From positions 1 to 58,074 of the forward strand of contig JBBDZW010000047.1 of the NCBI GenBank assembly GCA_040899895.1: 58,074 nt of DNA. Reading direction: 5' to 3'. Position 1 is the stretch's first letter. The number at the start of each line of letters is the position of its first letter. The translations under genes were made by a program, and so were the position numbers. The notes under the pieces are model-generated. The model was given only the letters and a program-made list of their open reading frames with translations. It was not told where the DNA came from and ran no database searches. This DNA is from Minisyncoccota bacterium (GTDB lineage: Bacteria; Patescibacteriota; Minisyncoccia; 2-02-FULL-40-12; GWA2-44-9). Below, one piece after another: positions 34,060 through 43,251 of this stretch.

Positions 34060-34527
34060 CAAGAGAGAGAATTTCTTCATTGTGTCATACATGACTGGCA
34101 GTTCCAAATAATCTATGCCTATTGCTGTCCATGCCAGCCATACCGGCAATATTATATCAGAAGTGTCCTTGAATTGCTTGATGACGAATTCATCCGTTAT
34201 CCAGAACAAGTGAAGCCATTGAGAGTTTAGCAGAACAAGAAACATTACGCTTTTCTTGATATCCCTTCTCGCGCGCAACTCATTCATGTATACCAGTGAG
34301 ACGGCAATGAGCGCCGGTATCTCCGTGTAATCAACCAGAATTATCAGCAGTTCCCAATTTGCGCCAAGGTTGGAAAATCCATAATCCAAAGTGCCTGGCA
34401 GGACAACGTTTGTGGTCAGCCAGAGAAGATGTATCAGCTGCCAGGAAAAAAGAATAGCGGCTATGCCGATATTTAGGTGAAGATTCTCTTCATACCAAAA
34501 CCAAAATTTATTTATTACTTTTTTCAA
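34045..34527 (-). CDS. hypothetical integral membrane protein
   Basis: 160 aa with 4 hydrophobic helices. Its 3' end overlaps tRNA-Ala on the opposite strand by 15 nt. Confidence 0.5.
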   Translation of the reverse strand: MKKVINKFWFWYEENLHLNIGIAAILFSWQLIHLLWLTTNVVLPGTLDYGFSNLGANWELLIILVDYTEIPALIAVSLVYMNELRARRDIKKSVMFLVLLNSQWLHLFWITDEFVIKQFKDTSDIILPVWLAWTAIGIDYLELPVMYDTMKKFSLLWTRR

Positions 34528-35390
34528 GTTAGTTTATTTAAAATTTTATCCAGGCAATTTGTGGGATATAAGTCTTTCGGATAAATTCCAATTAAATTAA
34601 TCTCGTTCTTTTTGCACAGTTTCTTTTTAAGTTTTATCTCTCGATCATAACGAGGGCTATCTTTGGCAAGACCAAAATATTCTATAAAAATTTTGCCATT
34701 ATTTATGGCCCAATCCGCCAAATGCCCGGTATTCGGATAGCAGGCGTTTCGCTCGTGAGGAATTTTATTTTTATGAAGCCAGTTATCAATAACAGCTTCA
34801 GAAATCGAATCACAGATGTGGCCATCTAATGATTTTGTTTTGGATCGTTTGTACATGCGGTGATCGTGTGAACGGTTGGGAGTAAGCCCGGCGGCTAAAA
34901 TGGTGTTATTCCAAGAACCAAACATATTGGCCGCTTTATCTGATATTTCCAGCACTTCTCTTTTGGCAGGAATCCGGTTGTTTTTCTGGGAGAATTCTTT
35001 TATTAAATCAATCATCTGCTCCTTTGTATATTTAAATCTACCCAATTTTCCACACTCTACGGAACAATATGGAGACCCCCGCCTAAATGGTTTTTCGCAT
35101 TTTTTACAGTACTTTTCAGGCCACTTTGGGAATTTTTTGTTATTTATAGTAGCAGAACAGGATCTTGAGCAGTAATTAAAAGAAGAGATTCCAGATAAAA
35201 TTCTATAAAATGTTTTCTTGCAACCGTCATTGCTACATATTAGCCATTTTCCGGTTTTCCTATATTCTCCTTCGCAATTTTTAGAACAAAAAGAGCGGTA
35301 ACCCAGCTGCTTATTAAAAACAACGTAAGACGTTTTGGTTAGGAATTGTCTATTACAAAAGTGGCACTGAACTTTAATTTTCGAGGCCAT
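34524..35390 (-). CDS. zinc-ribbon-rich protein with homing-endonuclease-associated repeat and nuclease-like C-terminus
   Basis: Three CxxC...(F/Y)CSxxC modules (FCSKNC, YCSRSC, YCSVEC). A middle repeat IPAKREVLEIS...FGSWNNTILAAGL. C-terminal DSISEAVIDNWL...DW...IEYFG resembles PD-(D/E)XK/Vsr-like endonuclease cores. Confidence 0.45.
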   Translation of the reverse strand: MASKIKVQCHFCNRQFLTKTSYVVFNKQLGYRSFCSKNCEGEYRKTGKWLICSNDGCKKTFYRILSGISSFNYCSRSCSATINNKKFPKWPEKYCKKCEKPFRRGSPYCSVECGKLGRFKYTKEQMIDLIKEFSQKNNRIPAKREVLEISDKAANMFGSWNNTILAAGLTPNRSHDHRMYKRSKTKSLDGHICDSISEAVIDNWLHKNKIPHERNACYPNTGHLADWAINNGKIFIEYFGLAKDSPRYDREIKLKKKLCKKNEINLIGIYPKDLYPTNCLDKILNKLT

Positions 35391-35468
35391 GCTCGAATTA
35401 TATCAGAATACAATTAAACCACCAAGACTCGAACCAGGCTTTCTACCCACCACCCAAAGTTTTTGCTT

Positions 35469-35543
35469 TCGGGACGCCGGGATTCGAACCCGGAAAAATC
35501 TCCTGAACCCGAATCAGGCGTGTTACCGTTACACTACGTCCCG
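35469..35543 (-). tRNA. tRNA-Pro (anticodon CGG)
   Basis: Reverse complement has acceptor CGGGACG/CGTCCCG (C1-G72, typical of bacterial tRNA-Pro), anticodon stem CCTGA/TCAGG with loop TTCGGGT, T arm CCGGG-TTCGAAT-CCCGG, A73. Confidence 0.82.
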
Positions 35544-35584
35544 TATCACAAAACCTTACCCCATTTTATGATATTTTTCCAGTA

Positions 35585-37018
35585 TTACACGTAATATTTT
35601 TTTCTCCTTTCCTCTTCGTCTCTCTCTATCGCATCTTCCACCTTCTTCAACGATTCACGGAGTTTTTCCGGGGATTTTTTGTCGAGGTCGTGGATTCTCT
35701 GCATCAGCTTCTCTTTCACATTTTTTGACGGGTCTTCCACAACTTCGGCAAGAAGCGAGTTCAGGATAAGGCCGATTTTGGGCCCCGGCTGGATATTCAG
35801 CTCTTTCATTACATCTTCTCCGCCAACTTTTAGCATTTTGGCCGATATCGGGTCGTCGGAGACCTTGTCTATTATGTATTTAAGATGCCTTAACTTATAT
35901 GGGACCGCTTTGGGACGCCCAGAGCCGATGCGGTCGGCCTCCCGGACTTTCAGAAGGTCTTCTACGTTTTCTTTGCCTATCCTGACCAAAAGGCGCCTTA
36001 CCGATGATTCCGTGACTTCTTCGGGAGTATAGTAGAACATATGATACCTGACCAGCTTAATAATGCTTTCCGCTTGTTCTTTTGGAAATTTAAGTCGGTT
36101 CATTATTCTTGAGACAATTCTTGCGCCCACCACCTCATGTCCGTAAAAGGTGGAATTTTTGCCCTCTCCCCTTTTCGTTTCCGGTTTTCCGATATCGTGA
36201 AAAAGAGAAGCCAAACGGACTTCCAGAGAATAGTTTTTCTCGGCCGTATATTTTAAGGCGCGGGTTAAATGTTCCCAGACAGTATAAATATGATGGAGAT
36301 TTTGTTCCACGCCTATTCCTTCGCGCAGTTCCGGAATAACAAATTTCAAAAGCCCCGTTTCTTCCAACAGCAGAACTCCCGGATAGGCGTTTTCCGAGCC
36401 TATTATTTTTATAAATTCGTCCCTTATCCTCTCTTTTGATATTGCCGCCAACCACTCCGAGTTTTCTTTTAGAGCTTTTAAGGTTGTTTCTTCCAGTTTG
36501 AATTCAAGCGATGTTGCAAAACGGACGGCTCTCAACATTCGCAACGCATCTTCATTGAATCTGTCGGCAGGATTTCCGACCGTTTTAACTAATTTATTTT
36601 TTAAATCTTTTTGTCCATTGAATAAGTCAATAGTTTTTCCGGTTTTATCTATCGCCATTGCATTTATTGTAAAATCTCTTCGAGATAAATCATCTTCAAG
36701 TTTATCCGCAAATTTAACTTCATCGGGATGGCGTTTGTCGGTATATTTCCCTTCAATGCGATAAGGGGTTATTTCTACTAAAGTTAGCGTAGAGTCTTCT
36801 GAACCCGTCTTTACGGCTACTGTTCCAAATGTGTTTTCGTAAACATTGTCGGGAAAAATCTTCTGAATTTCCTCAGGTTTTGCGTTTGTAGTTATATCCC
36901 AGTCCTTCGGTTTTTTGTCCAACATCAAATCACGGACGCATCCGCCTACGGCGTAGGCTTCGTATCCGCCATCATTTAATTTTTCTATAATTTCGCTGAC
37001 TTCTTCGGGCAATTTCAT
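35585..37018 (-). CDS. cca: CCA-adding tRNA nucleotidyltransferase with HD domain
   Basis: GGCVRDLMLDKKPKDWDITT polymerase-beta motif, RRDFTINAM, HD-domain LFHDIGKP. Start set to ATG 37018 because the track start lies inside tRNA-Arg. Confidence 0.88.
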   Translation of the reverse strand: MKLPEEVSEIIEKLNDGGYEAYAVGGCVRDLMLDKKPKDWDITTNAKPEEIQKIFPDNVYENTFGTVAVKTGSEDSTLTLVEITPYRIEGKYTDKRHPDEVKFADKLEDDLSRRDFTINAMAIDKTGKTIDLFNGQKDLKNKLVKTVGNPADRFNEDALRMLRAVRFATSLEFKLEETTLKALKENSEWLAAISKERIRDEFIKIIGSENAYPGVLLLEETGLLKFVIPELREGIGVEQNLHHIYTVWEHLTRALKYTAEKNYSLEVRLASLFHDIGKPETKRGEGKNSTFYGHEVVGARIVSRIMNRLKFPKEQAESIIKLVRYHMFYYTPEEVTESSVRRLLVRIGKENVEDLLKVREADRIGSGRPKAVPYKLRHLKYIIDKVSDDPISAKMLKVGGEDVMKELNIQPGPKIGLILNSLLAEVVEDPSKNVKEKLMQRIHDLDKKSPEKLRESLKKVEDAIERDEEERRKKYYV

Positions 37019-37021
37019 AAG

Positions 37022-37097
37022 TGGTACCCCGGGCAGGGGTCGAACCTGCAACCTTTCCCTTAGGACGGGACTGCTCTTCCATTTGAGCTACCGGGGC
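37022..37097 (-). tRNA. tRNA-Arg (anticodon CCU), CCA encoded
   Basis: Reverse complement is GCCCCGG-TA-GCTC-AAATGGAA-GAGC, anticodon loop GTCCTAA, T arm GCAGG-TTCGACC-CCTGC, acceptor CCGGGGT (G1-U72), A73, CCA. Confidence 0.82.
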
Positions 37098-37106
37098 AAT
37101 TAATAA

Positions 37107-37712
37107 CTATTTACAAATCTCGCTAATTATAGCTCTAAACAATTTCAAAGTATATCCGCCTTTCCTTACTATTATTCTGCACATTCCGTGGTTTCTTCCA
37201 TGATTTCCACCATCGTTTTCTAAAATAGTAAATCTATTTTTTGGTATTTTTGTGATACTTGACCAATAATTTAAGCACACTGTCTTATCGTGATTTGAAA
37301 AAATTCTTAGTATGGGCTGAATTCTATCCTCAGAAATTTTGAAGTAATCTCTGAGTATCTTTAAATATAATTTTATCATTTCCCCATCTGTATTAATGAG
37401 TTCACATCTTCCCCTGCTCCCTTCGGCCCAATACAGAGAAGCCGCCGTAGCATAAAGATATTTATCAGGAGAATTGAGAAGTATTTTTGCCTCTTCTTTG
37501 GCGCGTATTAGGTCTTTTTCCATTTTTAACCTGCTTCCGCCCTGGTTAGATCTCAATATCTTTTTATATTTTTCCGGCAATTTAATCTTATGAATATGAT
37601 GCCATACTGTGCTTTTGGGGAGTGAAAGCTCCCTCATTAATGTCTCAATGCTATGGCCCTTTCTTCTCAAATATTTTAAGCGTGAAATGGTTTGATTACT
37701 ATGAATCTGCAT
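37107..37712 (-). CDS. HTH-domain protein with LAGLIDADG-like motif, paralog C
   Basis: 201 aa. HTH-like LRRKGHSIETLMRELSLPKSTVWHH, motif ASLYWAEGSR, INTDGEMIKLY, YWSSITKIPKNRF, GMCRIIV. Its stop is 9 nt upstream of tRNA-Arg(CCU) on the same strand. Confidence 0.5.
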   Translation of the reverse strand: MQIHSNQTISRLKYLRRKGHSIETLMRELSLPKSTVWHHIHKIKLPEKYKKILRSNQGGSRLKMEKDLIRAKEEAKILLNSPDKYLYATAASLYWAEGSRGRCELINTDGEMIKLYLKILRDYFKISEDRIQPILRIFSNHDKTVCLNYWSSITKIPKNRFTILENDGGNHGRNHGMCRIIVRKGGYTLKLFRAIISEICK

Positions 37713-37777
37713 GCTACAATAATATCATAGTACACGAACTAATAAAAGGGTAATAGTTTATACTCGTTAGTTCTATT

Positions 37778-37848
37778 GGGCCTATAGTGAAGCGGTATCA
37801 CGCGACCATGGCATGGTTGAAGTCGGGGTTCGACTCCCCGTAGGTCCA
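37778..37848 (+). tRNA. tRNA-Ala (anticodon GGC)
   Basis: Acceptor GGGCCTA/TAGGTCC with G3:U70. Anticodon stem CGACC/GGTTG with loop ATGGCAT. T arm CGGGG-TTCGACT-CCCCG, A73. Confidence 0.88.
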
Positions 37849-37853
37849 CCCAA

Positions 37854-37891
37854 CACTATAAACGGCTCACTGATGTGAGCCGTTTATAGTG
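37854..37891. terminator. bidirectional terminator (17-bp perfect stem)
   Basis: cactataaacggctcac-tgat-gtgagccgtttatagtg. It includes the stop codon of the convergent gene 37884-38450. Confidence 0.8.
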
Positions 37892-38450
37892 CATGCAATT
37901 CTTTTAGAGTTCTTTCGTAGAGGATGACCGCTTTCTTTGCTTCCGTGTATCTTAAGAAATAATTGGAGTCGTGAACCAGACGATTTCTTATTTTATGGGC
38001 TTCCCATAATCCATCGAGCGTTTCCAGTTGGCCTTTGCCTATGTTCAAAAGCCGCTCTCCCATTGTTTCGCCGGGGTACGAATTTTTAAGAATATCATCC
38101 ATTATTTTGTCGGCTTCAATAACGGCAAATTTCCACTCGGCTTCTCTGGTGGACGTGATATGTTTCTGAACCTCGGCCCAGCGGGCATTGACACCGGAGG
38201 TGGCCGAATCCGGCGGGAGGATAGATTTTATGATATTTATTTTTTTGACTGTCAGTCTGTTGAGTTTTGTCGTTACAAATACCAATAGCAAAAAAATGAT
38301 TACTGTTAGTCCGATCATTATTAATTTTAGTATTCCCAGCCCCTCTTTTAAAAAAGGAAAGCTATCCGCCAATTGAGCCAACTGAAAAACGCTGGTTTCG
38401 GATACGGAGAACAGACTGGCTATTGTTGATGACACGATGTTGTAATCCAT
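37884..38450 (-). CDS. hypothetical membrane-anchored protein
   Basis: 188 aa with one central TM helix and a helical C-terminal domain (ARWAEVQKHI...EADKIMDDIL...WEAHKIRNRLVHD). No family recognised. Confidence 0.5.
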   Translation of the reverse strand: MDYNIVSSTIASLFSVSETSVFQLAQLADSFPFLKEGLGILKLIMIGLTVIIFLLLVFVTTKLNRLTVKKINIIKSILPPDSATSGVNARWAEVQKHITSTREAEWKFAVIEADKIMDDILKNSYPGETMGERLLNIGKGQLETLDGLWEAHKIRNRLVHDSNYFLRYTEAKKAVILYERTLKELHAL

Positions 38451-38453
38451 GTT

Positions 38454-39875
38454 CTACTTTAAAGATTGTTCAAGATGATAAGCCAGGCGGAGAACGGTCT
38501 CCTCGTCAAAATATTTGCCGATTATTTGGAATCCTACGGGCATTTTACTCTCTCGTCCAGTCCCGCAAGGGATGGAAATTCCCGGCAGGCCGGCCAAATT
38601 TACTGGCACCGTGTAGATGTCCTCCAAGTAAAGAGATAAGGGGTCGGATGCTTTCTCCCCTATTTTAAAAGCCGTAGTCGGAGAAACCGGACCGACTATC
38701 GCATCTACTTTCTCAAACGCCTTATCAAAATCTTGCCTTAAGAGAGCGCGGACTTTTTGAGCTTTGAGATAGTACGCATCGTAATATCCTGAAGATAAGG
38801 CATATGTCCCCAAAATTATTCTTCTTTTAGGTTCCGGTCCAAAACCTTCTGAACGCGAATCCTGATAGACATCCAACAGGCTCTGGGCTCTGGGCTCTGG
38901 GCTCTGGGCTGACGAGTGGCCGTATCTTATACCGTCAAATCTAGCTAGATTTGAGGAAACCTCCGAAGGAACTAAGACGTAGTAAGATGCAAGGCCAAAT
39001 TCAAAGTTTGGCAGAGACACTTCTTTTATATTACATCCAAGATTTTCTAGTTTGATTATTGATTCTCTGACTCGTTCTTCAACTTCCGGACTAAGCCCTT
39101 TCCCAAAAAATTCTTTTGGCACCCCGATTTTTAGTCCTTTAATATTTTCGTTGAGTTTTTTTGAAATCTCGGGAACTAATTTATTTGAAGTTGTGGAGTC
39201 AAATTTATCATGTCCGGCAATAGTTTCAAAGACAATGGCGGCGTCTTCAACGTTTTTGGTAATTGGCCCGATCTGGTCCAAGGACGATGCCATCGCTATC
39301 AAGCCGTGGCGGGAGACTCTTCCATAACTTGGCTTGAATCCAACCACTCCGCAAAATGAAGCTGGTTGACGTATGGAACCGCCTGTATCTGAACCTAAAG
39401 CGAAAACTGCCAGATCGGCGGCAATCGCGGCAGCTGAACCCCCGGAAGAACCACCGGGAACTTTTTTGTGGTCATGAGGATTTTTTGTAGGGCCGAAAGC
39501 CGAATTTTCAGTTGATGTTCCCATCGCGAACTCGTCCATGTTGGTTTTTCCCAGAAATTGCACCCCGGCTTCCTTAAGTTTTTTTATTACCGTGGCATCA
39601 TAACTGGAAATATAGTTCTTCAGTATTTTTGAACCAGCGGTGCAGATTGTGCCATCAATCAGCATATTGTCTTTGATGGCGGCGGGAACACCGGCAAGCG
39701 GAGCTTGCGAGTTTAATGTTGAAAGTTTAAAGTCTAAAGTTGAAAGAAAAGCATTCAGATTTTTATTTTCTTTTTTTATCTTTTTTTGGTAATGCTTAAA
39801 TATTTCTTCAGCCGAAAAATGACCCTTGGTAAGGCCTTCACGGATATCTTTAATTGTGTAGGACTTATTTTCCAT
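38454..39875 (-). CDS. gatA: Asp/Glu-tRNA amidotransferase subunit A
   Basis: Amidase signature [13 protein letters not shown], Ser-cisSer-Lys catalytic layout, synteny with gatC. Contains (GCTCTGG)x4. Confidence 0.92.
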   Translation of the reverse strand: MENKSYTIKDIREGLTKGHFSAEEIFKHYQKKIKKENKNLNAFLSTLDFKLSTLNSQAPLAGVPAAIKDNMLIDGTICTAGSKILKNYISSYDATVIKKLKEAGVQFLGKTNMDEFAMGTSTENSAFGPTKNPHDHKKVPGGSSGGSAAAIAADLAVFALGSDTGGSIRQPASFCGVVGFKPSYGRVSRHGLIAMASSLDQIGPITKNVEDAAIVFETIAGHDKFDSTTSNKLVPEISKKLNENIKGLKIGVPKEFFGKGLSPEVEERVRESIIKLENLGCNIKEVSLPNFEFGLASYYVLVPSEVSSNLARFDGIRYGHSSAQSPEPRAQSLLDVYQDSRSEGFGPEPKRRIILGTYALSSGYYDAYYLKAQKVRALLRQDFDKAFEKVDAIVGPVSPTTAFKIGEKASDPLSLYLEDIYTVPVNLAGLPGISIPCGTGRESKMPVGFQIIGKYFDEETVLRLAYHLEQSLK

Positions 39876-40224
39876 CTTTATTCAAAACAGATTTAACTTT
39901 AACAAAACGGTCTTGTCTATGAGGTGCTTGGCTTATTAAATTTTCATTCAATTTATCATTTATTTCACCCGCCTGCCGGACGGGCAGGAAATCTTTTCTG
40001 TATTCGTCGCTTCTGAATGAATTAGACAACCCTGTTGTGGATTCGACAGGCTCACCATCCTGAGGAATCGAATGGACCTGGTGGGCCGGATCTATCCCTG
40101 ATGTATCGGCTTTGTTGAGCTGGTCTATAAAATTCAAAATTGAACCAAGTTCTTTTTTGAATTGTCCCTCTTCTTTTTCCGCAAGTTTTATCCTCGCCAG
40201 TTTGGCGATATGTTTTATATCCAT
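39865..40224 (-). CDS. gatC: Asp/Glu-tRNA amidotransferase subunit C (extended)
   Basis: N-terminus [38 protein letters not shown] is GatC-like. The protein is longer than usual and carries the in-frame GC palindrome encoding LPVRQAGE. Confidence 0.8.
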   Translation of the reverse strand: MDIKHIAKLARIKLAEKEEGQFKKELGSILNFIDQLNKADTSGIDPAHQVHSIPQDGEPVESTTGLSNSFRSDEYRKDFLPVRQAGEINDKLNENLISQAPHRQDRFVKVKSVLNKDGK

Positions 40225-40240
40225 ATTCTTTGACTTTACT

Positions 40241-42256
40241 TCATCTTAACATTTTAAGAAAATCGTTTTCGTCAATTATTTTTATTTTTAATTTTTGAGC
40301 GTTGTCGTACTTGGAGCCAGGATTTTCACCAGCGACTAGATAGTCGGTTTCTTTGCTGATAGTTGATGTTGTTTTGCCGCCGAGGTTGCGGATGCGTCGC
40401 GAAGCCTCTTCCCGGCTCATTGAGTCCAAGGTGCCGGTAATAACAAAAGTTTTACCGGATAATCTGCCTTTTGCAGGAGATTTTTCTTTAAGTATTTTCA
40501 GGCCGGCTTTATTGAATTTATTGAGAAGATTCTTGTGATACGGCCGTTTGAACCATTCGGTAATGCTGTGCGCTACCACCGGCCCGACGCTCTCAATTGC
40601 GGTAAGCTCTTCCTCTGTTGCTTGAAAAGTTTTTTCTATTGTGTGGAAATGTTGAGCTATGATGCGAGCCGTTTCCTCTCCTACATGAACGATACCCAAA
40701 GCGTAGATGAATTTTGAAAGGGGAACCTCTTTTCTTTGAGAGATTGCTTTGATGACATTACGGCTGGAAATTTCGGCAAAACGATCCAAATTCTGAAGAT
40801 CGCTCTCTTTTAGGAAGAATAGATCGGCATAATCTTGAACAAGACCGGCATCCATAAGAGCGTCAATAATTTTGGGACCGACACCGTCAATATTCATAGC
40901 GTTGCGGGATACAAAATGATAGATGGTTTCACGCTGGCGAGCCGGGCAATCAAGGTTTGGACAATAAGATGCGACTTGCTTGGGGTCTTTCTTGATGAGT
41001 GTGCCGCAAATTGGACATTTCGCGGGGAGGCGAAATTTTTTTTCTTTGCCGGTTCTAAGCTCCTTTAAAACCTGGAGAATATCAGGAATAACATCACCGG
41101 CGCGCCCAACGACGACTGTGTCTCCAATTTTTACCCCAAGACGTTCAATTTCATCCATGTTGTGCAATGTTGCCCGGCTTACGGTTGTACCGCCGATTTG
41201 AACAGGTCGTAGATGCGCGACGGGGGTGAGGGCGCCGGTGCGTCCGACTTGGATTTGGACGTCTTCCACAATTGTCTGGGCTGATTTTGGAGAGAACTTA
41301 AAGGCAATGGCTCCGCGGGGAGATTTCCCGACTATGCCAACCCGATGATAGGTTTCGTTGTCGTTTACAGATATTACCACTCCGTCAAATTCATAATCAA
41401 GAGTGTCGCGCTTTTTTTCCCATTCATTGTGGAAAGCGAGAATATCATCAGTTGTTTTGGCAATACGGCCATGCGGATTAGTGCCTATCCCCCATTCATT
41501 CAAGGCTCTATATTCAGCGTCATGGGTTTTGAAATAACTACCGTAAGCGCCATCAGTGTCGACAACACTATAGGCATAAAAAGAAAGTTTACGTCCGGCA
41601 GTAATGCTTGAATCCAGTTGGCGGATAGTACCAGCGGCGAAATTTCTTGGATTGGCATAGAGCTTTTCATTTTTTTTATTCTGCTCCTTATTAATACGGG
41701 CAAATTCTTTTTTGGTGATAAATACCTCCCCTCTGACTAGAAGCTCTTTTGGTACAGGTTTGCCGCCAGACTTTAATTGAAGCGGCACCGCCTCAACGGT
41801 GCGGATATTTTGAGTGACATTTTCTCCGATTAGTCCATTTCCGCGAGTTGATGCTTGAACTAAAATCCCGTCTTCATAACGGAGCTCTATTGCTAAACCA
41901 TCCATTTTTAAATCCGCATAAAAATATCCACCATAAGACCGATCAAGAAAATTGTTTAGCCGTTTTTGCCAGGCCAACAAATCCTGATAGTCAAAGGCAT
42001 CGTTGAGTGAGACCATTCGGCTGGGATGCGTTACTTTAGCAAAGCCTTTTAATGGTTTGCCACCGACTCTTTGGGTTGGTGAATCAGGAGTAATCAGTTC
42101 CGGAAATTCTAATTCCAAGTCAAACAACTCTTTTTTTAAAGAATCTAGGGCTTCTTCGGATATCTCTTGTTTATTAAGAACGTGGTAGAGATAACGATGG
42201 TGATTTATTGATTGACGCAGTTTCTCAATCCTTTTTTTAGCTTCTTCCTTGGTCAT
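40241..42256 (-). CDS. ligA: NAD-dependent DNA ligase LigA
   Basis: Adenylation motif KMDGLA, OB fold, four-Cys zinc site (CPICG...CPNLDC), HhH repeats, C-terminal BRCT (GKTFVITGTL). Start set to ATG 42256 (MTKEEAKKRIEKLR). Confidence 0.92.
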   Translation of the reverse strand: MTKEEAKKRIEKLRQSINHHRYLYHVLNKQEISEEALDSLKKELFDLELEFPELITPDSPTQRVGGKPLKGFAKVTHPSRMVSLNDAFDYQDLLAWQKRLNNFLDRSYGGYFYADLKMDGLAIELRYEDGILVQASTRGNGLIGENVTQNIRTVEAVPLQLKSGGKPVPKELLVRGEVFITKKEFARINKEQNKKNEKLYANPRNFAAGTIRQLDSSITAGRKLSFYAYSVVDTDGAYGSYFKTHDAEYRALNEWGIGTNPHGRIAKTTDDILAFHNEWEKKRDTLDYEFDGVVISVNDNETYHRVGIVGKSPRGAIAFKFSPKSAQTIVEDVQIQVGRTGALTPVAHLRPVQIGGTTVSRATLHNMDEIERLGVKIGDTVVVGRAGDVIPDILQVLKELRTGKEKKFRLPAKCPICGTLIKKDPKQVASYCPNLDCPARQRETIYHFVSRNAMNIDGVGPKIIDALMDAGLVQDYADLFFLKESDLQNLDRFAEISSRNVIKAISQRKEVPLSKFIYALGIVHVGEETARIIAQHFHTIEKTFQATEEELTAIESVGPVVAHSITEWFKRPYHKNLLNKFNKAGLKILKEKSPAKGRLSGKTFVITGTLDSMSREEASRRIRNLGGKTTSTISKETDYLVAGENPGSKYDNAQKLKIKIIDENDFLKMLR

Positions 42257-42343
42257 TTTAAGGGTATAAAGATGACCAAAGTATATCAAAGTTTGGCTAA
42301 AATTAAACCCCCACACTCAATGCCTGAATGTGGGGGTAAAGCC

Positions 42344-42700
42344 CTACTCCTCTATTTTAAAAGACCTGGTGACTCCCCGGTATGTTCCGGTAATGGTGTG
42401 ATTTAGAGGATTTTCAGCGGGCGCGCACGTTGCTGGTGCAATACCAAAGGTTATGGTATAGGTTGCTCCATTTGACATTATCGGCTGGGGAACCGAGGGC
42501 GACTTTTCTCTTTGAGTATACAAACACCATTCCACAGCGCTGTCGGCCGCGTAAAGAGCAGCCACGGAGCTAAGAGAATCGGTCGCTGACCTCAAGCGCG
42601 GAAGAAGGGTGTTCGCCAAAGTCAGGGTTATAGTCAATATCACTCCCAGCATCAGGACCGAAAAAATCAACACTGAACCATTTTGTTTGTTTTTATGCAT
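42344..42700 (-). CDS. pilus-associated small protein (PilX/GspK-like pseudopilin candidate)
   Basis: N-terminal hydrophobic helix GSVLIFSVLMLGVILTITL without a clear G-F/M-T-L-x-E site. Last gene of the minor-pilin block. Confidence 0.45.
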   Translation of the reverse strand: MHKNKQNGSVLIFSVLMLGVILTITLTLANTLLPRLRSATDSLSSVAALYAADSAVEWCLYTQREKSPSVPQPIMSNGATYTITFGIAPATCAPAENPLNHTITGTYRGVTRSFKIEE

Positions 42701-42701
42701 A

Positions 42702-43241
42702 TTAAGGACTTTGAAATTCAATACCCACATCTCTAGATGAAACTGTTGTTTGAAGATTAACCTTAAGGGTTTCTCGCCCGGAAACGTTTTCTACGGTTGT
42801 TAAAATCGCGATACGAGGAGTTAGGTTGTCGCTTGACAATGAACCGGTTATACAAAAATTAAATCTGGCAAACCGAACATCCGACCCACTTATAGCTACA
42901 TAAGATCCTCCTGCTTGGCTCTTTTCTATGGCGCCGTTGTTTAATCTGAAAATTACATCCCCTTTCGTTGGATGGTTTATTGTTAACGTCGTGGCGGTGC
43001 AATCTGGAGATTCTTGATCGGCAACCAGACTTACTCTTATATCTCTGGACATGCTTTCTAAAACAAACAGAGCATTATCTTGTATTTTTTGTGCCGCCGA
43101 AGCTCTTCTTTGTAACGCTAATGTTTGGACAAATATTGAGGCGACCGTCAACGCAATAATGGAAAAGACGGCCGAAGTTACCAAAACTTCCATTATTGTG
43201 AACCCGGATTGAGATTTTTTAATATTTGAATATTTAAACAT
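42702..43241 (-). CDS. type IV minor pilin/pseudopilin (prepilin-type N-terminal methylation motif)
   Basis: QSGFTIMEVLVTSAVFSIIAL class III signal peptide with Glu+5. Confidence 0.75.
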   Translation of the reverse strand: MFKYSNIKKSQSGFTIMEVLVTSAVFSIIALTVASIFVQTLALQRRASAAQKIQDNALFVLESMSRDIRVSLVADQESPDCTATTLTINHPTKGDVIFRLNNGAIEKSQAGGSYVAISGSDVRFARFNFCITGSLSSDNLTPRIAILTTVENVSGRETLKVNLQTTVSSRDVGIEFQSP

Positions 43242-43251
43242 TTATTTTTTG

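Noticed and set aside
35413-35440. Possible additional tRNA gene next to tRNA-Pro
   Set aside because: Only a T-arm-like segment (with a central mismatch) and a 3' acceptor-like strand are present. No matching 5' acceptor, D arm or anticodon arm could be found, so it is treated as a fragment.
35389-35571. 60-aa + strand ORF
   Set aside because: It lies antisense over tRNA-Pro and the tRNA-like fragment, so it is a spurious shadow ORF.
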